Assembly: GCA_902566305.1 (NCBI GenBank)
Contig: CACFIK010000005.1
Coordinates: forward strand, 10,779 to 74,778
Length of the DNA: 64,000 nt
Source: an uncultured SAR86 cluster bacterium
Lineage (GTDB): Bacteria; Pseudomonadota; Gammaproteobacteria; Magnimaribacterales; AG-339-G14
Direction of reading: 5' to 3'
Under the pieces are notes generated by a model that worked only from the letters and a program-made list of their open reading frames with translations, had not been told where the DNA came from and ran no database searches. Of this stretch, positions 56,160 to 64,000 are shown one piece after another (position 1 is the stretch's first letter; the number at the start of each line of letters is the position of its first letter). Position numbers and translations under genes: made by a program.

Positions 56160-58646
56160 ATGAAGAATTTGGTAATAGTTGAATCTCAAGCAAAAGCTAA
56201 AAAAATACAAGGATTTCTTGAAAAAGAATTTCCTTCAGATTCTTGGACAGTTCATGCCTGCCTAGGTCATGTTAGAGATCTTAAAGACGACGAATCTGCT
56301 GTTGATCCTAAAGATTGGAACAATTTGAAGTGGGAATCAACTTCAAAAGGAAAAAAAACACTAAAGGAGATTAGAGATTTCTCAAAAGATTCAGATTGTA
56401 TATATCTTGCATCTGACCCAGACAGAGAAGGCGAGGCTATAGCTTGGCACATACTAGATCACCTTAAAGATAAAAAATTAATTGCAGGAAGGCAAATTCA
56501 TCGTATTTCATTTAATGAGATAACTCCGTCAGCAATAAAAATTGCAGTTGAAAATCCTAGAAACATAGATCAATTTCTTGTAGAAGCATATTTGGCAAGG
56601 AGGATATTAGATCACTTAATTGGATTTAAAGTTAGTCCTCTTTTATGGAGGCATGTTCCCAGAGCGAAATCCGCAGGAAGAGTCCAGTCTCCTACTTTGA
56701 GGATGATCTGTGCTAGAGAAGATGAAATTGATGCCTTTTCTCCGGAGGAGTTTTGGCCGCTTAAAGTCGATTTTAAAACTGAAGACTGTTCTTTTAGCTC
56801 AGACTTAATTAGATACAATGAAGAGGATTTAAAAAAAGCACCCATCAAGACTGAAGAAGAAGCTTTAAAACTTAAATTCGAGATAGAGAATACAAAATTT
56901 GCTATTGCAGAAATAAAAGATAGGGAAGTTTCATATTCTCCAAAGGCACCTTTCAGAACTTCAACCCTTCAACAGGCAGCATCTAGTAAGTTATTTTTTA
57001 ATCCAGAGAGAACAATGCAAGTTGCACAATCTTTGTACGAATCTGGCTTGATTACTTATATGAGGACTGATGGAATAGGAATTAGTACTGAGATTGTAGA
57101 AGAAATAAGAAGTTTAATATCTCAAGAGTTTGGTGAAAAATATCTTCCTGAGAGCCCAAAAATTTATAAATCAAAGGCTGCAAATGCTCAAGAAGCTCAC
57201 GAACCAATAAGACCAACCGATATAAGAAATAAACCTGAAAATACAAATGGATTAAATCAGGATCAACTGAATCTTTATTCCCTTATTTGGCAAAGAACAG
57301 TAGCCAGTCAATTAAAAAACTCAAGATATCTTAGAAAAACTATTTTGATTGAGGATAAAGATAAGAAGTTTCATCTTAGGACAAGCGGAAGAGAACTTAT
57401 TTTTGATGGATTTGAGAGAGTTCTCAAAGATGATTTGGATTCTGAAGAATCTCAAAAATTAAAAGGCATTCATGATGATTCTCACCTAGATATATCTGAT
57501 GTCATCACTGAACAAAAATTTACTTCCCCTCCAAGAAGATTTTCAGAAGCATCTTTAATTAAAAGTATGGAGGATGAAGGTATAGGAAGACCCTCAACTT
57601 ATGCAAATACGGTAAAAAATCTTAGAGATAGAAAATATACATTTGGAGCAAAAAGCATTAATCCTTCTGATTTAGGAAGGATCTTGGTGTCATACTTATC
57701 AAAAGCATATGAGTCTTTTTTTATAGAAATAGACTTTACTGCAGAATTGGAAAAAAGTTTGGATCAAGTATCTTCAGGCTCAATTCCTTGGACGGATATC
57801 CTAGATGATTTTTTTGCCAAACTTTTGGAACACATATCTAGAATTGAAGAATTTAGGACTAGAGAAGTTTTGGATATGCTGAATGAGCAAATTGGGCATA
57901 GAGCTTTTCCAAAAAATGTTAAAGGTGAGGTTAAAGATAATTGTCCTAAATGTTCTAATGAAATAAGTATTAAACATGGCAGATGGGGGTTTTTTGTTGG
58001 ATGTGGAGAATGTCAATGGACAAAGCCAGTATTTGAAAAATCGATCGAATTCGAGACATATGCTCAACTTCCAAAAGAACTTGGTTCTCACCCTGATACG
58101 CAGAAGCCCGTTTATGCTGATATAAGTATAAATGGTCCTTGCATATGGACATTGAAGGAGGATAAGAAGATTTTTGGAACCCCTGATGAAGATGAAGATA
58201 TTCTAACTATCGGACTTAATAGAGCGCTAGAGCTGATTGAAAGATCTAATAGAGAAAATATTTTGTTTATTGAGACGAATAGCGGTATTCCAGTAACTTT
58301 GAAAAATGGTAGATTTGGAGAGTACACAGAATTTAATGGTTTTAATAAGGCCACTAAACTCAAGGGAAGAGTAACTTACGACCCTGATGCTTTCAATTAT
58401 CAGGATGAAGGTGATCGAATTAAGGTTTTAAAGTCTCTTCGAATTTTGGGTTTTGAAGAAGAATCTAAGACTCCAATTGGAATAAAAATTAAAAAATTGG
58501 GAAAAGCATTTAAATTTAAAAAAGTCTTCAAATTTGGAGAAGATGAATTTGAATGTCCTGATAACTTTTATAAGCTTGATGAGGATGAACAAAGAGAGTT
58601 AGTATTAGAAGCTATTAAGCCAAAGAAAATATTTTTTCTTGAATAG
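56160..58646 (+). CDS. topA: DNA topoisomerase I
   Basis: 828 aa. TOPRIM (LVIVESQAKAKKI, ASDPDREGEAI), active-site Tyr block GLITYMRTD, C-terminal Cys4 zinc ribbon CPKC...CGEC. Confidence 0.95.
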   Translation: MKNLVIVESQAKAKKIQGFLEKEFPSDSWTVHACLGHVRDLKDDESAVDPKDWNNLKWESTSKGKKTLKEIRDFSKDSDCIYLASDPDREGEAIAWHILDHLKDKKLIAGRQIHRISFNEITPSAIKIAVENPRNIDQFLVEAYLARRILDHLIGFKVSPLLWRHVPRAKSAGRVQSPTLRMICAREDEIDAFSPEEFWPLKVDFKTEDCSFSSDLIRYNEEDLKKAPIKTEEEALKLKFEIENTKFAIAEIKDREVSYSPKAPFRTSTLQQAASSKLFFNPERTMQVAQSLYESGLITYMRTDGIGISTEIVEEIRSLISQEFGEKYLPESPKIYKSKAANAQEAHEPIRPTDIRNKPENTNGLNQDQLNLYSLIWQRTVASQLKNSRYLRKTILIEDKDKKFHLRTSGRELIFDGFERVLKDDLDSEESQKLKGIHDDSHLDISDVITEQKFTSPPRRFSEASLIKSMEDEGIGRPSTYANTVKNLRDRKYTFGAKSINPSDLGRILVSYLSKAYESFFIEIDFTAELEKSLDQVSSGSIPWTDILDDFFAKLLEHISRIEEFRTREVLDMLNEQIGHRAFPKNVKGEVKDNCPKCSNEISIKHGRWGFFVGCGECQWTKPVFEKSIEFETYAQLPKELGSHPDTQKPVYADISINGPCIWTLKEDKKIFGTPDEDEDILTIGLNRALELIERSNRENILFIETNSGIPVTLKNGRFGEYTEFNGFNKATKLKGRVTYDPDAFNYQDEGDRIKVLKSLRILGFEEESKTPIGIKIKKLGKAFKFKKVFKFGEDEFECPDNFYKLDEDEQRELVLEAIKPKKIFFLE

Positions 58647-58648
58647 AG

Positions 58649-59251
58649 CTAATTATAATTTCTCAGAACACCTAGACACTTTCCTTCAATGTCAAAACTC
58701 TCAATTGAAGGATTAATTTCAATATCTTTATAGTTTTTATTTTCAGGCCTTAAAATAACTTTAGTTTTATCTAAGTGAAAGAGAGTCTTAACTGTTACAT
58801 CATCATTTATCCTAGCAACAACAATATCTCCAGGTTTAACGTCTTTCCTTTTATTTATTGCAATAAGATCACCTTCAACAATTCCAACTTCATTCATGCT
58901 ATCGCCTTTAACTCTCAAGAAATAGTCAACTGAATCAGAAAAAATATTACCATTAAATTCAATTCTTTCTTCAACGTTTTCAACTGCTAATAAAGGAGAA
59001 CCTGCCGCAACAGAGCCGACTATGGGAATACCTAGAAAAGATTTATTTATTGATATCCCACGGGAAGTACCACCTTGAAGACTAATATAACCCTTTTTAT
59101 CAAGAGCTTTTAGATGCTCTTCAGCAGAATTGGCTGATTTGAAGCCAAATTTTAAAGCTATTTCTTTTCTTGTTGGAGGCATACCTTCATTGGAAATTAC
59201 ATCTGAGATAAAGGTTAAAATTTCAGATTGTCTCGTTGTTAGGTTCTTCAT
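58649..59251 (-). CDS. lexA: LexA repressor
   Basis: 200 aa. wHTH N-domain (GMPPTRKEIA), Ala-Gly cleavage site (VAAGSP), Ser/Lys dyad blocks GDSM and VTVKT. Confidence 0.95.
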   Translation of the reverse strand: MKNLTTRQSEILTFISDVISNEGMPPTRKEIALKFGFKSANSAEEHLKALDKKGYISLQGGTSRGISINKSFLGIPIVGSVAAGSPLLAVENVEERIEFNGNIFSDSVDYFLRVKGDSMNEVGIVEGDLIAINKRKDVKPGDIVVARINDDVTVKTLFHLDKTKVILRPENKNYKDIEINPSIESFDIEGKCLGVLRNYN

Positions 59252-59270
59252 ACTGTTTATTTATACAGTA
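59251..59270. promoter_or_regulatory. SOS (LexA) box TACTGTTTATTTATACAGTA
   Basis: Matches gammaproteobacterial TACTG-N10-CAGTA. It abuts and overlaps the first base of the lexA start codon. Confidence 0.85.
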
Positions 59271-59341
59271 TAAATAAGAAAAATCAAAAAACTATATATA
59301 CTTTTTAAGTAAATTTTATTTTTTTTTATAATTTTAGGTTA

Positions 59342-59347
59342 TATAAT
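59342..59347 (+). promoter_or_regulatory. Candidate -10 box (TATAAT) 6 nt upstream of the cysB-like ATG
   Basis: Sequence is ggttaTATAATaaatatATG. No Shine-Dalgarno. Confidence 0.4.
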
Positions 59348-59353
59348 AAATAT

Positions 59354-60328
59354 ATGAAATTTCAACAATTACTTTATGTTCGTGAGGTCGCCAGAAGTAA
59401 TTTGAATGTTTCTCAAGCTTCAAAGAATCTTTATACCTCACAGCCTGGAATAAGTAAGCAAATTAAATTGCTTGAAGAAGAATTAGGAATAGAGTTGTTC
59501 GAGAGATCTGGTAAACATCTTGTTGCTATTACTCCAATTGGTAAGCGAATTCTTGAACAGATAGAAGAAATTCTTGCATTGGTTGATGGCATCAAACATG
59601 CTGCAACAGAATTTTCCAATGAGGATTATGGTTCATTAGCCATTGCAACAACTCATACCCAAGCTAAATTTACTCTACCTCCAGTAGTTGATAAATTTGT
59701 TAAAAAATATCCAAACGTCTCATTTCAAATGAATCAATGTACTCCAGATGAGTCGGTAGAAATGGCGGCAAAGGGTGAAGTAGATTTAGCGATTTGGACA
59801 GAAACATCTGAAAAAGGTGAAACATTGATTAAACTCCCCGCTTACAAATGGTCACGGAGTTTAATCGTCCCTAAAGGTCATCCTCTAGCAGAAGTAACCA
59901 AACCAAAACTCAAACATTTAGCTGAGTTTCCCATTGTTACATATGTTTTTGGATTCACGGGCAGTAATGATCTGGATAGAGCTTTTTTTGAGAGGGGTTT
60001 AAAAGCAAATGTAGTTTTTACAGCAACCGATGCTGATGTAATTAAGACATATGTCAAGCAAGGTATTGGAGTTGGAATCATTGCTTCTATGGCTTTTAAT
60101 GAACAAGAAGACAAAGACCTAGTGGCTATTAACGCTAATCACCTTTTTGACTCTGGTACCACTTATATTGGCTTCAGGAGAGGGACATATCTTAGAAGCC
60201 ATTTATACGAGTTTATTCAGATGTTTGCTCCACATTTAAAAACAGAATTAATTGCAAAGGCCTGCGCAACCAAATCAAAAAAGGAACTAGATAAAATATT
60301 TGAATCCATCAAACTCATTAGGAGGTAG
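59354..60328 (+). CDS. cysB: LysR-family regulator, CysB/Cbl-like
   Basis: 324 aa. N-terminus MKFQQLLYVREVARSNLNVSQASKNLYTSQPGISKQIKLLEEELGIELFERSGKH closely parallels my recollection of E. coli CysB. Confidence 0.75.
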   Translation: MKFQQLLYVREVARSNLNVSQASKNLYTSQPGISKQIKLLEEELGIELFERSGKHLVAITPIGKRILEQIEEILALVDGIKHAATEFSNEDYGSLAIATTHTQAKFTLPPVVDKFVKKYPNVSFQMNQCTPDESVEMAAKGEVDLAIWTETSEKGETLIKLPAYKWSRSLIVPKGHPLAEVTKPKLKHLAEFPIVTYVFGFTGSNDLDRAFFERGLKANVVFTATDADVIKTYVKQGIGVGIIASMAFNEQEDKDLVAINANHLFDSGTTYIGFRRGTYLRSHLYEFIQMFAPHLKTELIAKACATKSKKELDKIFESIKLIRR

Positions 60329-60329
60329 T

Positions 60330-60929
60330 TTGGATTATTTGTGCCTGGATTTTGAGGGAGTTTTAATTCCAGAAATATGGCAAGAAGTCTCTAAAGCAAC
60401 GGGTCTTGAAGATCTAATGCTTACAACTCAAGATCTTGAGAGTTATGAAGAACTTATGGACATCCGCCTTAAGTTAGTTTCCGACAACAACATTACAATT
60501 CATGACATCATGGAGATAGTTGAGAAAATGGAACCCATGGATGGCGCAGCTGATTTTCTATCTTGGGCAAGAGATAACTTTCAAGTTTCCATTGTTTCAG
60601 ATACCTTCTACGAGCTATGTTGGCCCCTTGTTAGAAAATTAAACTATCCGCATGTGATTTGTCATCATTTAGAGCTTAATGGTTCTGAAATAATAGGATA
60701 TAAACTAAAGCAAGATAATAATAAACAAAAGGTCATTGAAGCTATCAAAGAAACCATGAAATTTAAAGTTTTTGCCGCTGGAGACTCTTACAACGACATT
60801 AATATGTTGAACACTGCAGATCAGGGATTCTTTTTTCAAGCTCCTTCACACATTAAAGAAAAATATCCAAATCTAGAAACCATACAAGATCATAATGAAC
60901 TTAAGATCAAATTAGAGAGTTATTTATGA
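60330..60929 (+). CDS. thrH: ThrH-like HAD phosphatase (phosphoserine phosphatase / homoserine phosphotransferase)
   Basis: TTG at 60330 preceded by GGAGG. CLDFEGVLIPEIW, SDTFYE and AAGDSYND blocks parallel my recollection of Pseudomonas ThrH. The ORF-track start at 60300 lies inside cysB and was trimmed. Confidence 0.75.
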   Translation: MDYLCLDFEGVLIPEIWQEVSKATGLEDLMLTTQDLESYEELMDIRLKLVSDNNITIHDIMEIVEKMEPMDGAADFLSWARDNFQVSIVSDTFYELCWPLVRKLNYPHVICHHLELNGSEIIGYKLKQDNNKQKVIEAIKETMKFKVFAAGDSYNDINMLNTADQGFFFQAPSHIKEKYPNLETIQDHNELKIKLESYL

Positions 60930-61783
60930 ATTGGGAAAAATTAATTCAAGAGAATAGACCTCTGGTTATTATGGGAACAATAAATGCTTATTCAGCTCTA
61001 TTAGCTGAAAGAGCAGGCATTAAAGCAATTTATCTCTCTGGTGGTGGAGTAGCCAATGCCAGTTATGGACTTCCTGATCTAGCTATGACTTCTAGAGAAG
61101 ATGTTTTAGAAGATGTTAGGAGAATAAGATCAGCCTCAGAACTTCCCTTATTAGTAGATATTGATACCGGTTGGGGATCGGCACTTGCCATTTCTAGGTC
61201 TATAAAAGAAATGATATCTGCGGGGGCATCGGGTGTTCACATTGAAGATCAAGTAAGCGAAAAAAGGTGTGGTCACAGACCCAATAAAGAAATAGTTAGT
61301 TCAGAAGAAATGGTCGATAGAATCAAAGCAGCAAAAGATGCTCAGACTGATGAAAATTTTCTGCTCATGGCAAGAACAGATGCATTTGCAAAAGGCGGGT
61401 TACAGGAAGTAATTGATAGATCAAATGCTTTTATAGAGGCAGGGGCAGGAGCTATATTTCCAGAGGCAATTTCAACTTTAAAAGATTATGAAGAAATATC
61501 AAAAAATGTATCGAAGCCCATACTGGCTAATATTACTGAGTTTGGTATGACTCCTCTTTTTTCTCACAATGAACTTGCTGAGGCAGGCGTAAAGATTGTT
61601 CTTCATCCTTTATCTGCTTTCAGAGCTATGTCCAAAGCCGCAGAAAAAGTATATGCTACTCTAGCATCTGGTGGGGACCATGAAGGTTTGCTAGATAAAA
61701 TGCAAACAAGAGATGAATTGTATGATGTCCTGGACTATCATATGTACGAAGAGAAAATTGATAAACTTTTCGAAAAAAACTAA
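60926..61783 (+). CDS. prpB: 2-methylisocitrate lyase
   Basis: 285 aa. ICL/PEP-mutase signature KRCGHRPNK. ATGA overlap with thrH, followed by prpC. Confidence 0.9.
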   Translation: MNWEKLIQENRPLVIMGTINAYSALLAERAGIKAIYLSGGGVANASYGLPDLAMTSREDVLEDVRRIRSASELPLLVDIDTGWGSALAISRSIKEMISAGASGVHIEDQVSEKRCGHRPNKEIVSSEEMVDRIKAAKDAQTDENFLLMARTDAFAKGGLQEVIDRSNAFIEAGAGAIFPEAISTLKDYEEISKNVSKPILANITEFGMTPLFSHNELAEAGVKIVLHPLSAFRAMSKAAEKVYATLASGGDHEGLLDKMQTRDELYDVLDYHMYEEKIDKLFEKN

Positions 61784-61789
61784 ATAATA

Positions 61790-62914
61790 ATGGCTCAAAA
61801 GAAACTAGAGGGCGCTGGCCTTCGCGGACAGGTAGCTGGACAAACAGCTCTCTCAACCGTAGGAAAAGAAGGAAAAGGACTTACCTATAGAGGATATGCA
61901 ATTGAGGAACTTTCTGAGAAAGCTTCATTTGAAGAGGTTGCATATATGCTCTTGTATGGTAATTTACCTAACCAATCAGAGCTGAGCGAGTATAAGGAAA
62001 AATTAAAAAAATACAGAGAGCTTCCGTCAGAATTAAAAAAAGTACTTGAACTGATTCCTGCCTCCGCTCATCCAATGGATGTTCTTAGAACAGGCTGTTC
62101 TTTTCTGGGAAACATAGAACCAGAAGGAGATTTCTCCAATCAAGCAGATATTGCTGATAGATTGATATCTATATTTCCATCAGTTGTTTGTTACTGGTAT
62201 CGGTATTCGCACGATGGAGTATCTATAGAAACCGCCACAGATCATGACTCTATAGGAGGCCATTTTCTTTCAATGCTTACTGGAAAAGAACCAAGTGAAG
62301 ATGATGCAAGATGTTTAGATGTTTCTTTAATTCTCTACGCTGAACATGGTTTCAATGCTTCGACTTTTACTGCAAGAACTTGTGCCTCAACTTTATCTGA
62401 TCTTCATTCATGCATTACTGGCGCTATTGGTACTCTAAGAGGGCCTTTGCATGGAGGGGCTAACGAAGCTGCAATGGAAATGATTGAGAAATTTTCTTCT
62501 AGAGAAGAGGCTAATGCTGGCGTTAAAAAGATGCTTGAGGCTAAAGAGAAAATAATGGGATTCGGTCATGCGGTATATTCAACTGAAGATCCAAGAAGCG
62601 ATATTATCAAGTCATGGGCAAAAAAATTAAGCGAGCAGAATAGCGATGATACGCTTTACCAAGTTTCCGAAGAGATTGATAAGGTCATGGATGAAGAAAA
62701 AAATCTCTTTCCAAATACTGATTTTTACATGGCTTCTGCCTACTCGTATTTAGGCATTCCAACAAAAATTTTTACTCCCTTATTTGTCATAGGCAGAACC
62801 TCTGGTTGGTCTGCAAACGTCATAGAGCAAAGAGCTGATAATAGGATTATCCGACCTAGCGAAGAATACATCGGCCCTGAAAAATCCGATTGGGTCGATA
62901 TAGAAAATAGATAA
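61790..62914 (+). CDS. prpC: 2-methylcitrate synthase
   Basis: 374 aa. Citrate-synthase signature [13 protein letters not shown]. Lies between prpB and prpD. Confidence 0.9.
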   Translation: MAQKKLEGAGLRGQVAGQTALSTVGKEGKGLTYRGYAIEELSEKASFEEVAYMLLYGNLPNQSELSEYKEKLKKYRELPSELKKVLELIPASAHPMDVLRTGCSFLGNIEPEGDFSNQADIADRLISIFPSVVCYWYRYSHDGVSIETATDHDSIGGHFLSMLTGKEPSEDDARCLDVSLILYAEHGFNASTFTARTCASTLSDLHSCITGAIGTLRGPLHGGANEAAMEMIEKFSSREEANAGVKKMLEAKEKIMGFGHAVYSTEDPRSDIIKSWAKKLSEQNSDDTLYQVSEEIDKVMDEEKNLFPNTDFYMASAYSYLGIPTKIFTPLFVIGRTSGWSANVIEQRADNRIIRPSEEYIGPEKSDWVDIENR

Positions 62915-62921
62915 ACTTCTT

Positions 62922-64000
62922 ATGTCTTCAAACGTAGATCAAAATGTACGTCCGGATTTTGATGAATTAATTCAAAAGATTTCTGACTACTCACAAAGCG
63001 ATACTGAGTTTAATGACCTTGCCATGGAAACAGCAAGACATTGCTTGATGGATACATTGGGTTGTGGTCTTCTTGCGCTTACTTTTGATGACTGTAAAAA
63101 AATGCTTGGTCCTTTTGCAAATGATGTAAAAGTTAAAAATGGTGTGAGAGTCCCTGGAACTAGTTTTATTCTTGATCCCGTTAAAGGTGCTTGGGATATC
63201 GGGGCGATTATAAGATGGTTAGATTTCAACGATACATGGCTTGCTGCTGAATGGGGCCATCCATCAGATAATTTAGGTGGAATTTTGGCAGCAGCTGACT
63301 ATATCTCTCAGCAAAACAGAGAAAATAATAAGGAACCTCTTAAGATGAAGGCTGTTTTAGAAAGCATGATTAAGGCTCATGAGATTCAAGGAGTGTTAGC
63401 AATAAAAAATAGCTTTAATCGAGTAGGTCTTGATCACGTTCTTCTAGTCAAACTAGCCTCCACATCTGTGATAGCAAAATTATTTGGACTCACTAAAGAA
63501 CAATCTTTAGATGCAATTTCACAGGTTTTTGTTGATGGTCAAAGTTTAAGAACTTATCGTCATGCACCTAACGCTGGTCCAAGGAAATCTTGGGCAGCCG
63601 GAGATGCTACTAGCAGAGCAATGCAATTAGTTTTATTTACTATGAGAGGTCAAATCGGTTATCCAAGTGCCATTACCGCAAAGACATGGGGTTTCCAAGA
63701 TGTCTTATTTGAAGGTAAAGATTTGATTGTTGAACAAGACTTTAATTCTTACGTGATGGAAAACGTTTTATTTAAAATTTCATTTCCAGCTGAATTTCAT
63801 GCTCAGACTGCAGTTGAAGCAGCAGTAAAACTTCACCCAGAAATCATTGATAAATTGGATGAAATTGAACAAATCAAAATCACGACTCATGAGTCAGCAA
63901 TTCGAATTATCAGTAAAGAAGGTGAATTGAATAATCCAGCTGATAGAGATCATTGTCTCCAATATATGACTGCTATTGGATTGTTGAAAGGAGATCTAGT
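62922..64000 (+). CDS. prpD: 2-methylcitrate dehydratase (partial; continues past the window)
   Basis: ATG at 62922. The frame is open to position 64000 and reads [23 protein letters not shown]...[14 protein letters not shown]...DRDHCLQYM, which is MmgE/PrpD-like. Absent from the ORF track because no stop lies in the window. Confidence 0.85.
   Translation, partial: MSSNVDQNVRPDFDELIQKISDYSQSDTEFNDLAMETARHCLMDTLGCGLLALTFDDCKKMLGPFANDVKVKNGVRVPGTSFILDPVKGAWDIGAIIRWLDFNDTWLAAEWGHPSDNLGGILAAADYISQQNRENNKEPLKMKAVLESMIKAHEIQGVLAIKNSFNRVGLDHVLLVKLASTSVIAKLFGLTKEQSLDAISQVFVDGQSLRTYRHAPNAGPRKSWAAGDATSRAMQLVLFTMRGQIGYPSAITAKTWGFQDVLFEGKDLIVEQDFNSYVMENVLFKISFPAEFHAQTAVEAAVKLHPEIIDKLDEIEQIKITTHESAIRIISKEGELNNPADRDHCLQYMTAIGLLKGDL

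Noticed and set aside
1-64000. Searched by eye for integrase/transposase/excisionase genes, tRNA or rRNA genes, CRISPR repeats, toxin-antitoxin pairs and recognisable defence genes.
   Set aside because: None found. All sizeable ORFs are accounted for by metabolic, envelope or housekeeping families, and intergenic regions are too short and AT-rich for structured RNA genes. A formal tRNAscan/Infernal run was not possible here.

Overview
This is an AT-rich, very tightly packed bacterial chromosome segment. GC is about 20-35% in the 60-nt lines I counted by hand. I support about 61 protein genes and found no rRNA, tRNA, CRISPR array, transposase or integrase. Gene content plus a canonical TACTG-N10-CAGTA SOS box at lexA indicate a gammaproteobacterium. 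A streamlined marine lineage such as SAR86 is only an inference from composition and compaction.

Housekeeping genes recognised: fumC, phhB, guaB-guaA, apt, tadA, xthA, prc, mazG, nadK, pyrD, topA, lexA, a cysB-like regulator, thrH and prpB-prpC-prpD (prpD runs off the 3' edge).

Accessory content:
- An envelope-modification block (OafA-type acyltransferase, methyltransferase, TauE).
- A copper amine oxidase followed by a ~1390-aa BspA-LRR/Ig/cadherin protein with an autotransporter-like C-terminus.
- A ~10-kb CoA-centred catabolic island.
- A GfcABCD/YjbEFGH-like polysaccharide secretion cluster.

Most interesting observation: the last 15 nt of guaA (I-E-W-E-stop) are reiterated twice downstream. 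They delimit two tandem single-ORF cassettes of 440 bp and 1001 bp. One cassette carries a strongly GC-rich foreign alpha/beta hydrolase. Each cassette ends in the same tail: tandem ATACAAA heptamers phased 11 bp apart, then exactly 46 nt, then the guaA-like core. No recombinase is encoded in the window. A third copy of the heptamer pair sits upstream of apt.

Secondary observations:
- Two genes have conserved N-terminal blocks upstream of any ATG/GTG/TTG. Both have an ATT codon abutting the upstream gene's TAA stop.
- guaB, cysB-like, lexA and topA show leaderless-looking promoter geometry.
- Many convergent gene pairs overlap at their 3' ends.
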